Source: a bacterium
GTDB taxonomy: Bacteria > SAR324 > NAC60-12
NCBI GenBank assembly: GCA_965209155.1
Contig: OZ242383.1
Location: 2,400,001 to 2,464,000 of the forward strand
Direction: 5' to 3'
Length of the DNA: 64,000 bases
Part shown: in pieces, positions 29,751 to 40,538 of the stretch
Layout of the letters: each line of letters starts with the position of its first letter
Numbering within the stretch: position 1 is the stretch's first letter
Program-made: the position numbers and the translations under genes
Notes under the pieces: generated by a model
The model's input: the letters and a program-made list of their open reading frames with translations, nothing else
Told to the model about the DNA's origin: nothing
The model's database searches: none

Positions 29751-31061
29751 TCAACGGTAAACGCTGCGGAAAATATCGACTATTTGATCGATATGAGATT
29801 TGTCACAAACCAAGGGTGGGGCCAGTAACGCGCAGTCGCCGGTGAATTTGACGTGCAACCCTGCCTGGAAGAGCTTTTCGGTTCCTTCCAACCCGGCCAG
29901 ACCCGGTGCACCCTGTGGCTTTAAATCGATTCCTGCCAACAACCCGTATCCACGGATGTCGGAAACCACGGAAAGATCGCGAAGTGAAAAGATTTTTTCC
30001 TGGAAATAAGGTGCGAGCCGGGCAGCCTGCGCAAAGACATTTTCTTTCTGGAAAAGGTCCAGGGTGGCCAGGCCGGCTGCGCAAGCAGCCGGATGTCCGG
30101 AGTAGGTGTACCCGTGAAAAAACTCGATTCCCTTCCCTTTCGGCTCGTTGACCACCCTTTCGTAGATTTCGTCTTTCAAGGCCACGGCTCCCATGGGTTG
30201 AGCGGCGTTGGTGATGGCCTTGGCCATGGTCATGATATCGGGGACGACTTGAAACGCATCGCTGGCAAAAGGATAGCCGGTCCTGCCAAATCCAGTGATC
30301 ACTTCATCAAAAACCAGGAGAATGCCATATTCGTCGCAAATTTCACGCAAGCGTTGCAAGTATCCCACCGGAGGGACCAGTATCCCCGAGGAACCCGCAA
30401 TCGGTTCTACAAAACAGGCGGCGATATTTTCACTACCAATCGTGTTGGCGATGTGGTGCAGGTCGTCGGCTAATTCCGCACCATGCTCTGGCTGTCCCAT
30501 CGTGAATTTTTCCTGTCCGCTGGCGGTGTCTCTCAGGTGTTGGACTTTCAAGGTAATGCCTTCGAAGGTCTGGCGGTTTTTCACGATTCCAGACAGCGAA
30601 GTCCCTCCGATATTGGCACCATGATACGCCCGTTGCCGGGAGATCAGGTGGGTTCGTTGAGGCTGCCCCTTTGCCCGGTGATAAGCCACTGCCATCTTGA
30701 TGGCCGTATCCACGGCTTCCGAACCGGAATTGCTGAAAAACACGTGGTTGATTCCTTCCGGCAAAAGAGGTGCCAGGCGTTCGGCCAGGGCAAAGGGACC
30801 CGGGTGCGCGCTTTGAAAGGGAGAGGCGTAATCCAAGGTGGTCATTTGCCGGTAAACGGCATCGGCAATTTCCTGACGACAGTGGCCCAGGGCGACGCAG
30901 AATAAACCGGAACAGCCATCCAGGATCCTGGATCCGGCATCGCTCCAGTAATACGCGCCCTCCCCTCTGACCACCATGCGTGGCGACTTTTTGAACGCAT
31001 AGTTCGAGGAAAACGGCATCCAGTGATGCTCTAATGTCGTATATTCATTGGTGGGTATCAT
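29751..31061 (-). CDS. Class III PLP aminotransferase (beta-alanine/omega-amino acid:pyruvate type)
   Basis: HWMPF, SGSEAVDTA.K, VEPIAGS.G, FDEVITGFGR, MAKAITN and FHGYTYSGHP motifs. Confidence 0.92.
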   Translation of the reverse strand: MIPTNEYTTLEHHWMPFSSNYAFKKSPRMVVRGEGAYYWSDAGSRILDGCSGLFCVALGHCRQEIADAVYRQMTTLDYASPFQSAHPGPFALAERLAPLLPEGINHVFFSNSGSEAVDTAIKMAVAYHRAKGQPQRTHLISRQRAYHGANIGGTSLSGIVKNRQTFEGITLKVQHLRDTASGQEKFTMGQPEHGAELADDLHHIANTIGSENIAACFVEPIAGSSGILVPPVGYLQRLREICDEYGILLVFDEVITGFGRTGYPFASDAFQVVPDIMTMAKAITNAAQPMGAVALKDEIYERVVNEPKGKGIEFFHGYTYSGHPAACAAGLATLDLFQKENVFAQAARLAPYFQEKIFSLRDLSVVSDIRGYGLLAGIDLKPQGAPGLAGLEGTEKLFQAGLHVKFTGDCALLAPPLVCDKSHIDQIVDIFRSVYR

Positions 31062-31124
31062 GAGGACTCCATAAAAAAAGTTGGAAAAAAAGATCAGAAT
31101 GCGTATACGAGGTTGAGTGGTAAA

Positions 31125-32018
31125 TCATGAGTCGATACTGACTTGCATGTAACAATATTTAAGCCACTGCGTAAAAAAAGTATTGCGATGACTGCGCCAG
31201 GAGTTGAGCGGATTGTCCGCATCGAAATGGGTCGGTCGAGGCACTTCGGGCTTCCCACGGTCTCGTAAGGTTTCGTATACCAATCGTTGCGAATTGTATT
31301 CAGGATGTCCGACGTGCATCAGGTAGCGATGATCCGGGGTTTCATAAATGACGTACCCGCACTCACTGCCATGAGCCAACAAATTGACGATTCCACCCGC
31401 TGCTGCTTCTTCCATGACCCGGTCGTCGTTGCCCGCGACGCGGCTTTGTGGACACCAGAACACGTCATCCATGGCCCCGGTAATTGGATGGCGGGGAGCC
31501 AGGTTTTTCAGTTCGAAGACCCCGAATAGTTTTTGCGCATAATTGATTTTTTCAATGCCTTCCAGGTATCCGAGAGCCAGCGCACCCCAGCAAATGCCCA
31601 GGGTGTTGGGACAATTCGATTTGGCATCCAGCATGATTTCCCTCACTTCATCCCAGTATTTCACTTCTTCGAATTCGAGGTGTTCCACGGGTGCGCCGGT
31701 GACGATCAAGCCGTCCAGGTTTTCATCCCTGGTTGCCTCTTCATAGCTGACGTACAAATCTTCGATGTGATTGCGATCCGAAGTTTTATATGCATGGGAT
31801 TGCAACTGGATCCACACCGGGTCCACTTGAATGATGGACAGGCCCAAAGGGTGCAGTAAATTGAATTCGTATTGTTCGCCAAACGGCATGATATTCATGA
31901 TACCTATGCGCAAGGGGCGAATATCCTGCTGAAGCGCTTGCTCGCGGGGCAGACAAGTGACGTGCGCTGCTTGCAATTGCGTCTGGAATCGCTCGTTTTC
32001 TGGTAAAATGATGGTCAT
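31125..32018 (-). CDS. metA: MetA family homoserine O-acyltransferase, probably acetyl-CoA specific
   Basis: QDIRPLRI.I.N.MP, DGLIVTGAPVE, ICWGA and GHPEY motifs. ATG 32018 follows GGAGG. Confidence 0.93.
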   Translation of the reverse strand: MTIILPENERFQTQLQAAHVTCLPREQALQQDIRPLRIGIMNIMPFGEQYEFNLLHPLGLSIIQVDPVWIQLQSHAYKTSDRNHIEDLYVSYEEATRDENLDGLIVTGAPVEHLEFEEVKYWDEVREIMLDAKSNCPNTLGICWGALALGYLEGIEKINYAQKLFGVFELKNLAPRHPITGAMDDVFWCPQSRVAGNDDRVMEEAAAGGIVNLLAHGSECGYVIYETPDHRYLMHVGHPEYNSQRLVYETLRDRGKPEVPRPTHFDADNPLNSWRSHRNTFFTQWLKYCYMQVSIDS

Positions 32019-32182
32019 CACCCCTCCTTCCTCTCCATCTTTCTGACCCGGCTCGATGCTTGTTCCCAATCATAAATTAAATCGTCCTGGAGGAACTCGT
32101 AAACTCGAAAGTCTTGCATTCCGGCAATCACGATAAAACGGAACCGGCAGGTTGTCAAGCAAGGGGAAGTCGAGGAACGAGC

Positions 32183-33331
32183 TCAAAAAATTCCCTGCGG
32201 GTCCAAGCCGAGATAAAATTGTCCTGCCGTGTCATAATGGGAAAGACGTCCCTGGATCTGTTGGGTGATGGCGTGGACGTCCTGAAAGCGGCGCTGGATT
32301 GGATTTCTTGTAAAAATCGCATCGGAACCGCAAAGGGCATAGGCCGTGTCGACCACTTCGGCCGCCATACGAATCGCATGGGTTGCTGAAAGCCGTAAAC
32401 CGATACGTTCCTCGATCGTCAGGGAATGATTCCTGGATGCGCTGTTCCAAACGGCAGCAGTGCGTTCACGAAGAAAGGCTCTCGCAGAACGCCAACAGGC
32501 TTCTCCTTGCCCCACCATGCGATGAGAAGTGGATTTTTCTTGAAGCCGGTCTTTTTCCATCCATTGTTTCTTACGCACCGCTAATCCGATGGCCGTATCC
32601 AAGGCGCTGCGCGCTGCTCCCAGTGCCGTGGTTGCGAATCCGGAGGCAAAAAGCAGGTTGATCGAAATGACGTACAACGCGCCTGGCTCCCGGGCATTCT
32701 CGCCGGGGTCGAAAGTTCTTGGATAGGGAACGAATAATTGATCCGCTTTAAAACTCAAACTTCCCGTTCCCCTCAAACCGGCGACGTGCCAGTCGTCGAT
32801 GAATTCAACCTCGTCTTTGGGAACCAACAGGATGCGTACTTCATTTTCTTTTTCTGGTTGCGCATGAGGTTCCGCTTCGGGTGAAACGACCGGAGCGATG
32901 GCGGCAAACCAGGTAGCATGGGGGCTGCCACTGCTGAATTTCCACTGCCCGCTGAGCAGGTAGCCTCCCTCTACCGGATTGGCGAATGCCGAAGCGGGAG
33001 GACCATTGGCCACTACCGCCCTGGGATCACTCCAAATCTTTTTGGCGGTTTGCTCCGGCATCTTTGCCGCATAGGTAGCAAAGACGTTGTTTTGGTTGAG
33101 GCACCAAGCCGTGCTGGCATCCGCTTCAGCAAACAACTCGATGATCCGCAGGTATTCCAACCAATCCATTTCTTCCCCATCGAGGGAACGCGGAACCAGC
33201 AAGCGAAAGAAATTTTTATCCGCAAGCGCCTGGACCAACTCCGTGGGAATTTTCCTTTCCCAGTCGATTCGATCACTTTCCCTGGCAACCCGGGACGCCA
33301 GCTCTTCTGCGACCTGAAGGTAATTTTTCAT
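32183..33331 (-). CDS. Acyl-CoA dehydrogenase-fold flavin-dependent monooxygenase (HsaA/hydroxylase-like)
   Basis: LSGQWKFSSG..HA.W, DDWHVAGLRGTGS and QRRFQDVH motifs. Confidence 0.85.
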   Translation of the reverse strand: MKNYLQVAEELASRVARESDRIDWERKIPTELVQALADKNFFRLLVPRSLDGEEMDWLEYLRIIELFAEADASTAWCLNQNNVFATYAAKMPEQTAKKIWSDPRAVVANGPPASAFANPVEGGYLLSGQWKFSSGSPHATWFAAIAPVVSPEAEPHAQPEKENEVRILLVPKDEVEFIDDWHVAGLRGTGSLSFKADQLFVPYPRTFDPGENAREPGALYVISINLLFASGFATTALGAARSALDTAIGLAVRKKQWMEKDRLQEKSTSHRMVGQGEACWRSARAFLRERTAAVWNSASRNHSLTIEERIGLRLSATHAIRMAAEVVDTAYALCGSDAIFTRNPIQRRFQDVHAITQQIQGRLSHYDTAGQFYLGLDPQGIF

Positions 33332-33337
33332 AAATGT

Positions 33338-34126
33338 CTAATGCTCCGTTTCGGCGTATCTTGCCATCCAACTCAGCCCCTGCAGGGTATCTCCTCGGGG
33401 CGTGTATTCAAGACCAACCCATCCCTGGTAATCCAGTTGGTCCAATAAAGTAAGCAGGTAAAACAAATTGATTTCTCCCTCGTCGGGTTCTTGACGGTTG
33501 GGCATCCCGGAAATTTGCGTATGGGCAATCTGGGAAAAATATTTTTTAAAGTTGTATTCCAAGTGACCCAACATCATTTGGGTGTGATAAAAATCGAACT
33601 GCAATCGCACGTTGGGCAGCCCCACTTGCCGCAATATTGAAATCGCCTGTTGGGGATTGTTCATAAAATAACCGGGATTGTCGAAGGTATTGATCGGCTC
33701 GATCAAGATGGTTTTCTTCACTGCCACCGCTTTAACCCCGGCATATTTGAGATTCTCGACATAGGTTGCTTCATGCTCCCGCACACTACGATCCCCTTCG
33801 GTAATACCGGCCATCACGTGGATAAAAGGGCAATCCAAAGCAATGGCATACTTCAAAGCCTCTTCGATGCTTTCCCGGAATTCGCTCACCCTGCCAGGCA
33901 AAGCCGCAAAGCCCCGTTCTCCCTTTCGCAAATCGCCGGGAGGTCCGTTGATCAGCAAATGTTTCAGTCCACTCGCTTGCAAGGCTTCTCTCAGCTCTTT
34001 TGGAGGAACTTCATAGGGAAATGTGCACTCGACGGCGGAAAATCCAGCATTCGCAACGGCTTGAAAACGTTCCGTGAAAGGATGTTCCTGAAACATGGTA
34101 GATATGTTGGCAGCAAATTTTGGCAT
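33338..34126 (-). CDS. hyi: Hydroxypyruvate isomerase / 2-oxo-tetronate isomerase family
   Basis: MPKFAANIS.MF, LIEPIN..D.PGY, QFDFYH.Q, P.R.EPDEGEIN and GWVGLEY.P motifs. Confidence 0.9.
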   Translation of the reverse strand: MPKFAANISTMFQEHPFTERFQAVANAGFSAVECTFPYEVPPKELREALQASGLKHLLINGPPGDLRKGERGFAALPGRVSEFRESIEEALKYAIALDCPFIHVMAGITEGDRSVREHEATYVENLKYAGVKAVAVKKTILIEPINTFDNPGYFMNNPQQAISILRQVGLPNVRLQFDFYHTQMMLGHLEYNFKKYFSQIAHTQISGMPNRQEPDEGEINLFYLLTLLDQLDYQGWVGLEYTPRGDTLQGLSWMARYAETEH

Positions 34127-34149
34127 GGATTCTCCCGGTTGATAAATGA

Positions 34150-34382
34150 ATGCGTAACAAGATTGAAAAACGTGTCATTCCTGGATGATCCGGTACCAGC
34201 ATGATCCGGCATCCAAAATATCGCATGTATTCCCTGGATTCCTGGTCTGGGCCAGGAATGACACACTGCAGGTTTCCGGGCCAATTCCCTGGATTCCTGA
34301 TCAAGCCAGGAATGACCAATGCGATTCTCTGGATTCCAGGTCTGGGCCAGGAATGACACGTTTTTTAACTCCTGATTCACGT
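34150..34382 (-). mobile_element. Family A MITE, inverted, with expanded internal array of hairpin units
   Basis: Ends ...ttttttaactCCTGATTCACGT. Three tandem ctggattcc...ggaatgac units (~34232, 34287, 34327) plus an opposite unit at 34171. The other end is degenerate. Confidence 0.8.
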
Positions 34383-34581
34383 AAATGAATATGGATCGAC
34401 GCGAACCGCGATATAATTGTTGACAACCCTGCTTCGGTTATTTATCAATTCATAAAGTACTTCACAAGTCAAAATTATTAAGGATTCAGTCGACGCGAAT
34501 TATGGACCACGAGCAAAAAATCAAGAGAATGCGCCCAGTTCCATCCCCCCTGGAGGGGAAATCGTCTCGTCGTTATTTTAC

Positions 34582-35745
34582 ATGATGCGGACTTCATCAT
34601 CCTTCTTCGCCATGATTGCTTGTCAAAGACATTTATTCAATATCGCAGAGCATATCACTTACCTGAATTGTTCCTACATGTCCCCCCAGCTGCGACGGGT
34701 GAGCGAGGCGGGTTTGCGGGGGATGCGTCGTAAAGAATCACCCTGGGAATTGAATGCAGCGGATTTTTTTGAGAGTTCGGAAAAAGCTCGTCAATTGTTC
34801 GCCCGGCTCACCGGGGCGGAAGCGGACGATATCGCAATCATCCCCTCGGCAAGTTATGGAATCTCGACTGCAGCGAAAAATTTAAAATTACGGAGGGGAG
34901 AAAAAATCATCCTGCTTCAAGACCAATTCCCCTCCAACGTCTACCCCTGGCAGGCGCTCGCCCGGCAATACGAAGCAAGGATCGAAATGCTTGTTCGTCC
35001 CGCAGACGGGAACTGGACCACAGCGTTGCTCTCTCGTATTGGGGTATCCACGGCAATCGTCGCTTTGCCACACTGCCATTGGACCGATGGAAGTTTGGTG
35101 GACCTGGTAAAAATCCGGGAAGCGTGCGATAAAATGAACGCGGTCCTGGTCGTCGATGCTACTCAATCCCTGGGCGCGTTTCCTTTTTCCGTGAAAAAAA
35201 TCCGGCCAGACTATTTGATCAGCGCGTGCTATAAATGGTTGTTGGGTCCATACAGTCTCGGTTTCATGTACGTGCACCCGTCCCGGCAAAACGGAGAGCC
35301 GCTGGAACACAACTGGATCCACCGTAAAAACAGCGAAGATTTTGCCGGCCTGGTAAATTACCGCGAGGAATTCCAAGCGGGAGCACGGCGTTTTGACGTA
35401 GGAGAACGAAGTAATTTCGCCCTCCTGCCTATGGCGACGACGGCCTTGGAACAGGTCCTGGAGTGGGGAGTTTGTCAGATTGCGGAATCCTTGTCCGCCT
35501 TCACCACTCAAATCGCTCGAGAGGCCAATGCCCTGGATCTCCAGGTCCTCCCTCCCCATTTGAGGGCAGGGCATATGATCGGACTCAGGTTCCCCGAAGG
35601 GATCCCTCACGACCTTCTGAAACAATTGTCTGATCAACAGATTTATGTCAGCGTACGAGGAGACTCCATACGCGTTTCTCCGCATTTGTACAATACGAAA
35701 CAAGATATTGAGCGGCTCTTTGACGCCCTGAAACGCAGCATGTGA
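34582..35745 (+). CDS. Class V PLP-dependent aminotransferase/lyase
   Basis: YLNCSYMSP, QFPSNVYPW, VDATQSLG, YKWLLGP and RVSPHLYN motifs. Confidence 0.9.
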   Translation: MMRTSSSFFAMIACQRHLFNIAEHITYLNCSYMSPQLRRVSEAGLRGMRRKESPWELNAADFFESSEKARQLFARLTGAEADDIAIIPSASYGISTAAKNLKLRRGEKIILLQDQFPSNVYPWQALARQYEARIEMLVRPADGNWTTALLSRIGVSTAIVALPHCHWTDGSLVDLVKIREACDKMNAVLVVDATQSLGAFPFSVKKIRPDYLISACYKWLLGPYSLGFMYVHPSRQNGEPLEHNWIHRKNSEDFAGLVNYREEFQAGARRFDVGERSNFALLPMATTALEQVLEWGVCQIAESLSAFTTQIAREANALDLQVLPPHLRAGHMIGLRFPEGIPHDLLKQLSDQQIYVSVRGDSIRVSPHLYNTKQDIERLFDALKRSM

Positions 35746-35782
35746 CAAAACTATTGTAATTCTAACCAATATTTTAGACGAA

Positions 35783-36898
35783 ATGAATCCTCTTTCATTG
35801 ACCCGCAAGTTATTGGCTTTCAATACCATCAATCCACCCGGACAAGAGCGGGAATGCGCCCGCTTCCTGGGAGAAGTCCTGGAAAGGGGTGGATTTCAAA
35901 CGAGCTATTACGAACACGCGGAAGGGCGAGGTACTCTGGTGGCTCGTCTCGATGGCCTGGGCCACAAACCACCCATCTGTTTCACGGGGCACATCGACAC
36001 CGTTCCCTTGGGGGCTGTTGCCTGGAGCAAGGACCCTTTCCATGGAGAGCAGGACGGCAATAAAATTTACGGTCGTGGTACGTCCGATATGAAAAGCGGG
36101 GTGGCGGCCATGGTACTCGCCGGTTTGGAATTGGCCCGGCAACCCCGCAGGGAATCGGGCTTCGTCTTGATTCTTACTGCAGGAGAAGAAACGGGATTTG
36201 AAGGGGCCGCTTATTTAGCAGGAATCGATGCTTTGGGAAAAGCCGGTGCCATCGTGGTGGGAGAACCCACGGCAAATTATCCATTGGTGGGCCACAAAGG
36301 GATGATGTGGCTCGAAGTTTCAACCAAGGGAGTCACGGCTCACGGATCCATGCCCGAAGAAGGAGACAACGCCATTTACAAAGCAGCCCGCGCTATCGCG
36401 AAATTGGAAAAATTTCAATTCGAAGCAGCCCCGCATCCCATTTTGGGAAAACCAACACTCAATTTGGGCACCATCGAAGGTGGATTGAACGCCAACTCCG
36501 TTCCGGATCGTACCATGATGCAGCTCGACATACGAACCATTCCCGGACAAGACCATGGAATCCTGCAAAAAACCATTCAATCGCTTTTGGGAGAGGAAGT
36601 GGAAATCAACCGCGTCCACAATGCCTTGTGTATCGCCACTGATCCGAATGAGGAATGGGTACAAGACGTTTTCAGCATCATGACGCCTTATCTCAGGGGG
36701 AGGCCCGAATTGCGTTCTGCCACCTATTCTACGGACGCTGCCGTCCTCACCCCCGCATACGGTAATCCACCCACCATCATATTGGGTCCTGGTGAACCCG
36801 CCATGGCGCATAAAACCGATGAATATTGCGATATCACCCGCTTGGAGGAATCGGTCGACGTTTATTTGGAAATTGCCCGGCAATGGTGCCATCGATAA
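35783..36898 (+). CDS. M20 family metallopeptidase (ArgE/DapE-like)
   Basis: [23 protein letters not shown] and AHKTDE motifs. Confidence 0.92.
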   Translation: MNPLSLTRKLLAFNTINPPGQERECARFLGEVLERGGFQTSYYEHAEGRGTLVARLDGLGHKPPICFTGHIDTVPLGAVAWSKDPFHGEQDGNKIYGRGTSDMKSGVAAMVLAGLELARQPRRESGFVLILTAGEETGFEGAAYLAGIDALGKAGAIVVGEPTANYPLVGHKGMMWLEVSTKGVTAHGSMPEEGDNAIYKAARAIAKLEKFQFEAAPHPILGKPTLNLGTIEGGLNANSVPDRTMMQLDIRTIPGQDHGILQKTIQSLLGEEVEINRVHNALCIATDPNEEWVQDVFSIMTPYLRGRPELRSATYSTDAAVLTPAYGNPPTIILGPGEPAMAHKTDEYCDITRLEESVDVYLEIARQWCHR

Positions 36899-36920
36899 TT
36901 TCTTACGAGCAAGATGGAAA

Positions 36921-37886
36921 ATGGCAAAAAAACTCATGGATGAGTATTCCTCCTACACGGATTTTTCCCGTCAGGAATGGTCCGAATTGCGCGCCTCGAC
37001 GCCTTTGATGCTCACTGAAAGCGATTTGACGAGGCTGCAGGGGATCAATGAAGCGCTTTCCTTGCAGGAAGTTGCGGAAATTTACTTACCTCTTTCCCGC
37101 CTGCTCAACCTGCACGTCGCCGCAGTGGGAGATCTTTTTCAGGTAATGGACCATTTTTTAGGCAAAGCGATGGCCAAAGTTCCCTACGTGATCGGAATTG
37201 CCGGAAGCGTGGCAGTGGGAAAAAGTACAACCGCGCGCATTCTGCAAGCGCTCCTCTCCCTGTGGCTTCACCATCCAAAAGTAGATCGTATCACCACAGA
37301 CGGATTCCTGCACCCGAACCGGGTGCTCGAGGAGCGTGGGATCATGCACCGCAAAGGCTTCCCGGAAAGCTATGACCTGAGACGCCTGGTGCGCTTTGTG
37401 GCAGACGTAAAATCCGGTCTCCCCGTGGTAAAAGCACCGCTTTATTCCCACTTACTCTATGATATCGTTCCCGACCGGTGTCAAGTTGCGGAACAACCTG
37501 ATATCGTTATCCTGGAAGGGTTGAACGTGCTTCAAAGCGCCAAAGATTATCCGGATGATGCGCCTCGGGTCTTTGTTTCCGATTTTTTTGATTTTTCGAT
37601 TTATGTGGACGCCAGGGAAGGACACCTGAAACAATGGTACGTCGACCGGTTTTTGCGTTACTGCGATACCACCTTCCAGAACCCTTCGTCTTATTTCCAT
37701 CGCTATTCCACCTTGTCTCACAAGGAAGCCATCGAGGTCTCGGCAAGTATCTGGGAAAATATCAACGCCATCAATTTAAAGGAAAATATCGAACCCACCC
37801 GCGAACGCGCCCATTTGATCCTCGAAAAAGGGCTGGATCATTCCGTGGAGCGCGTGAGATTGCGCAAAATGTATCTTTCCGGATAA
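36921..37886 (+). CDS. coaA: Type I pantothenate kinase
   Basis: [32 protein letters not shown] and EGLNVLQ motifs. ATG 36921 preferred. Confidence 0.96.
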   Translation: MAKKLMDEYSSYTDFSRQEWSELRASTPLMLTESDLTRLQGINEALSLQEVAEIYLPLSRLLNLHVAAVGDLFQVMDHFLGKAMAKVPYVIGIAGSVAVGKSTTARILQALLSLWLHHPKVDRITTDGFLHPNRVLEERGIMHRKGFPESYDLRRLVRFVADVKSGLPVVKAPLYSHLLYDIVPDRCQVAEQPDIVILEGLNVLQSAKDYPDDAPRVFVSDFFDFSIYVDAREGHLKQWYVDRFLRYCDTTFQNPSSYFHRYSTLSHKEAIEVSASIWENINAINLKENIEPTRERAHLILEKGLDHSVERVRLRKMYLSG

Positions 37887-37990
37887 ATCATCGAATGCGG
37901 GGGGCTGGCAGCTGAAAAGCCCCAACCAGGAAAATGAACCTGAAAAAAGGTATAATCTTATGAAGACATCTATGAAAAGACTGGCAGCAA

Positions 37991-40462
37991 GTGCCCGGAT
38001 TGGAGTGCAACACCATGTCGCCTGACGAAAAGCCCGTGGAAGAAAATTCCACCCCTCCTCAAAACGAGGAAATCAAATCCAATGACGATAAATCCATTGT
38101 TCTGGCCACGGACGTCTTACCCGGCTACCTTCCCATCATTCCCATTCAGGACCGGCCGATGTTTCCGAAAATGATGGCGCCATTGATCATTGTGGATCCG
38201 GTAGTGAAAAAGGAGATGCTCAAACTTCTCAAAGCCTCTCGCTCCGCTCCCATGTATTTGGGGCTCGTGCTGGCAAAATTCGTCCCGGAGGAACCTACCC
38301 GGAATCCGAGCACCGCGCGCGATCTCCACCGGGTCGGCAGCGTGGGTCGAGTTCTGGAAATGAACCAGTCCGAAAGAAAACAACCCCTGCATCTCGTCCT
38401 GCAAATCCTGGAACGTTTTGAAATCGAGGAAATTGTTCAAGAAAGCCCCATCTTCCAGGCAAAAGTCGCCTACTGGTCCGAGGTGCAAATGGAAATCAAT
38501 GAAGAATTGAAGGCCTATTCGGTTTCTCTCTTGGATGGGATGAAGGAATTGATTCAGAAAAAACCGGCCTTTCGGGAAGAGTTGAATTTGCTTTTGAACC
38601 GTCTCAACGTCAACGAACCGGGTACGCTGGCCGATTTTTCCGCTGCTATGACGACTGCCAGTGGAGAGGAGTTACAAGAGATCCTGGAAACCCGTCAAGT
38701 CCGACCGCGCATCGAAAAATCGCTGATCTTGCTCAAAAAAGAATTGGAAATTTCCAAACTGCAGGGACAAATCAATAAGCGCATCGAAGAACGCCTGACC
38801 ACGCAACAACGTGAATTTTTTCTCAAAGAGCAACTGAAAGAAATCAAAAAAGAACTCGGTATCAGCAAAGATGAACAGGAAACCGAAACCGACAAATTTG
38901 AAAAGAGACTGAAAAAGCTCCATCTCACTGAAGAAGCCCGCAACCGAATCGAGGAAGAATTGGAAAAGCTGCACCTGCTCGAGCCTTCTTCGCCGGAGTT
39001 CAACGTCACCCGCAATTACCTGGACTGGTTGACGATTCTTCCCTGGGGGCGTCATACGCGGGATCGATATGATTTGAAACGGGCCAAACGCATCCTGGAA
39101 AAAGACCACTTCGGATTAGAGGACGTCAAAGAACGCATCCTGGAATTCATTTCCGTAGGAAAGCTGAAAGGCAGTCTTTCCGGTTCCATGATTCTATTGG
39201 TCGGTCCCCCGGGGGTCGGGAAAACCTCCATCGGACAATCCGTGGCCCGGAGCGTGGGACGCAAATTCTACCGTTTTTCGGTAGGAGGAATACGCGACGA
39301 AGCGGAAATCAAAGGGCACCGCCGCACTTATATCGGCGCCTTGCCGGGGAAATTCATCAATGCCATCAAAATTTGCAACACGGCCAACCCGGTGATCATG
39401 CTCGACGAAATCGATAAAATCGGAGCAAGTTTTCATGGAGACCCTGCCTCTGCGCTTTTGGAAGTGCTGGATCCCGAACAGAACAAGGATTTTCTGGATC
39501 ACTACCTCGACGTGCGCTTCGATCTTTCCAAAGTGCTCTTTATTTGCACCGCCAATCAAATGGAAACCATCCCGGCTCCCTTGCTCGATCGTATGGAAGT
39601 GATTCGCCTCTCGGGGTACATCCTGGAAGACAAAATTCAGATTGCCAAACGGCATTTGATCCCCAAACAATTGAAGCTTCATGGTTTGCTGCGTCAACAG
39701 CTGAGCTTCCCGCAATCGGTGATCCGCCAGATCATCGATGGTTATGCCCGTGAAGCCGGAGTGCGGGGACTGGAAAATCAAATCAAAAAAATCTTTCGTA
39801 AAGTCGCCAGGGAAATCGTTGAAGAAGGCAGCCAAAAAATCCCGGTCCACAGCCGGGATCTCCCTAAGTTGCTGGGACGGAAAGTCTTTCAGGAGGAGTC
39901 CCTCTACCAAACGCCCAAGGTCGGCGTGGTGATGGGATTGGCCTACACCAGCATGGGGGGCACCACGCTCTATGTCGAAGCGACCAAAATTCCTTCAAAA
40001 AATCCGGCACTGAAACAAACAGGACAACTCGGAGAAGTGATGGTGGAATCTTCCGAAATCGCATATACCTATATCCGTTCCCTGCTCAGCGAACATACGA
40101 AATTTCAGAGTTTTTTCACAAAGCATTCCGTACACCTCCATGTCCCGGCAGGGGCCACTCCCAAAGACGGTCCGTCTGCCGGAATCACCATGGCCTGCGC
40201 CTTGTATTCCCTGGCATCCGCGCAACCGGTGAAAACCGGTATGGCCATGACCGGCGAACTCACCCTCACCGGCGCGGTCATGCCGATTGGAGGAGTGAAG
40301 GAAAAAATCATTGCGGCCAAAAGGGTAAACGTAGCAGACGTGATTTTACCGCAAAACAACCAGGAAGATTTTGACGAACTGGAATCCCACGTCCGTGACG
40401 GAATCACCCCCCATTTTGTCGATTCCTTTGAGCAGGTTCGTGATCTCTGCTTTCCTGAGTGA
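37991..40462 (+). CDS. lon: ATP-dependent Lon protease
   Basis: LON N-domain, GPPGVGKTS, GHRRTYIGA.PG, PKDGPSAG and IGGVKEK motifs. Confidence 0.97.
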   Translation: MPGLECNTMSPDEKPVEENSTPPQNEEIKSNDDKSIVLATDVLPGYLPIIPIQDRPMFPKMMAPLIIVDPVVKKEMLKLLKASRSAPMYLGLVLAKFVPEEPTRNPSTARDLHRVGSVGRVLEMNQSERKQPLHLVLQILERFEIEEIVQESPIFQAKVAYWSEVQMEINEELKAYSVSLLDGMKELIQKKPAFREELNLLLNRLNVNEPGTLADFSAAMTTASGEELQEILETRQVRPRIEKSLILLKKELEISKLQGQINKRIEERLTTQQREFFLKEQLKEIKKELGISKDEQETETDKFEKRLKKLHLTEEARNRIEEELEKLHLLEPSSPEFNVTRNYLDWLTILPWGRHTRDRYDLKRAKRILEKDHFGLEDVKERILEFISVGKLKGSLSGSMILLVGPPGVGKTSIGQSVARSVGRKFYRFSVGGIRDEAEIKGHRRTYIGALPGKFINAIKICNTANPVIMLDEIDKIGASFHGDPASALLEVLDPEQNKDFLDHYLDVRFDLSKVLFICTANQMETIPAPLLDRMEVIRLSGYILEDKIQIAKRHLIPKQLKLHGLLRQQLSFPQSVIRQIIDGYAREAGVRGLENQIKKIFRKVAREIVEEGSQKIPVHSRDLPKLLGRKVFQEESLYQTPKVGVVMGLAYTSMGGTTLYVEATKIPSKNPALKQTGQLGEVMVESSEIAYTYIRSLLSEHTKFQSFFTKHSVHLHVPAGATPKDGPSAGITMACALYSLASAQPVKTGMAMTGELTLTGAVMPIGGVKEKIIAAKRVNVADVILPQNNQEDFDELESHVRDGITPHFVDSFEQVRDLCFPE

Positions 40463-40538
40463 CAGTCGTATGCGAAACGGCTCTTCCGGGAAATGCGAAC
40501 CTTGGCCGTGCCAAACGCGAGAGTATAGGGCGGGAATC

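Noticed and set aside
32019..32182. SAM riboswitch upstream of metA
   Set aside because: No SAM-I/II consensus was recognised by eye; an Rfam scan would settle it.
34170..34361. Possible mini CRISPR array, and ORFs 33991-34380, 34011-34319 and 34185-34388
   Set aside because: The repeats are non-identical with uneven spacing inside a MITE. The ORFs are translations of the repeat (VIPG..RNP).
34396..34499. 10-bp direct repeat tcgacgcgaa in the hyi/aminotransferase divergent region
   Set aside because: Two short copies 94 bp apart could be chance, and no regulator is nearby.
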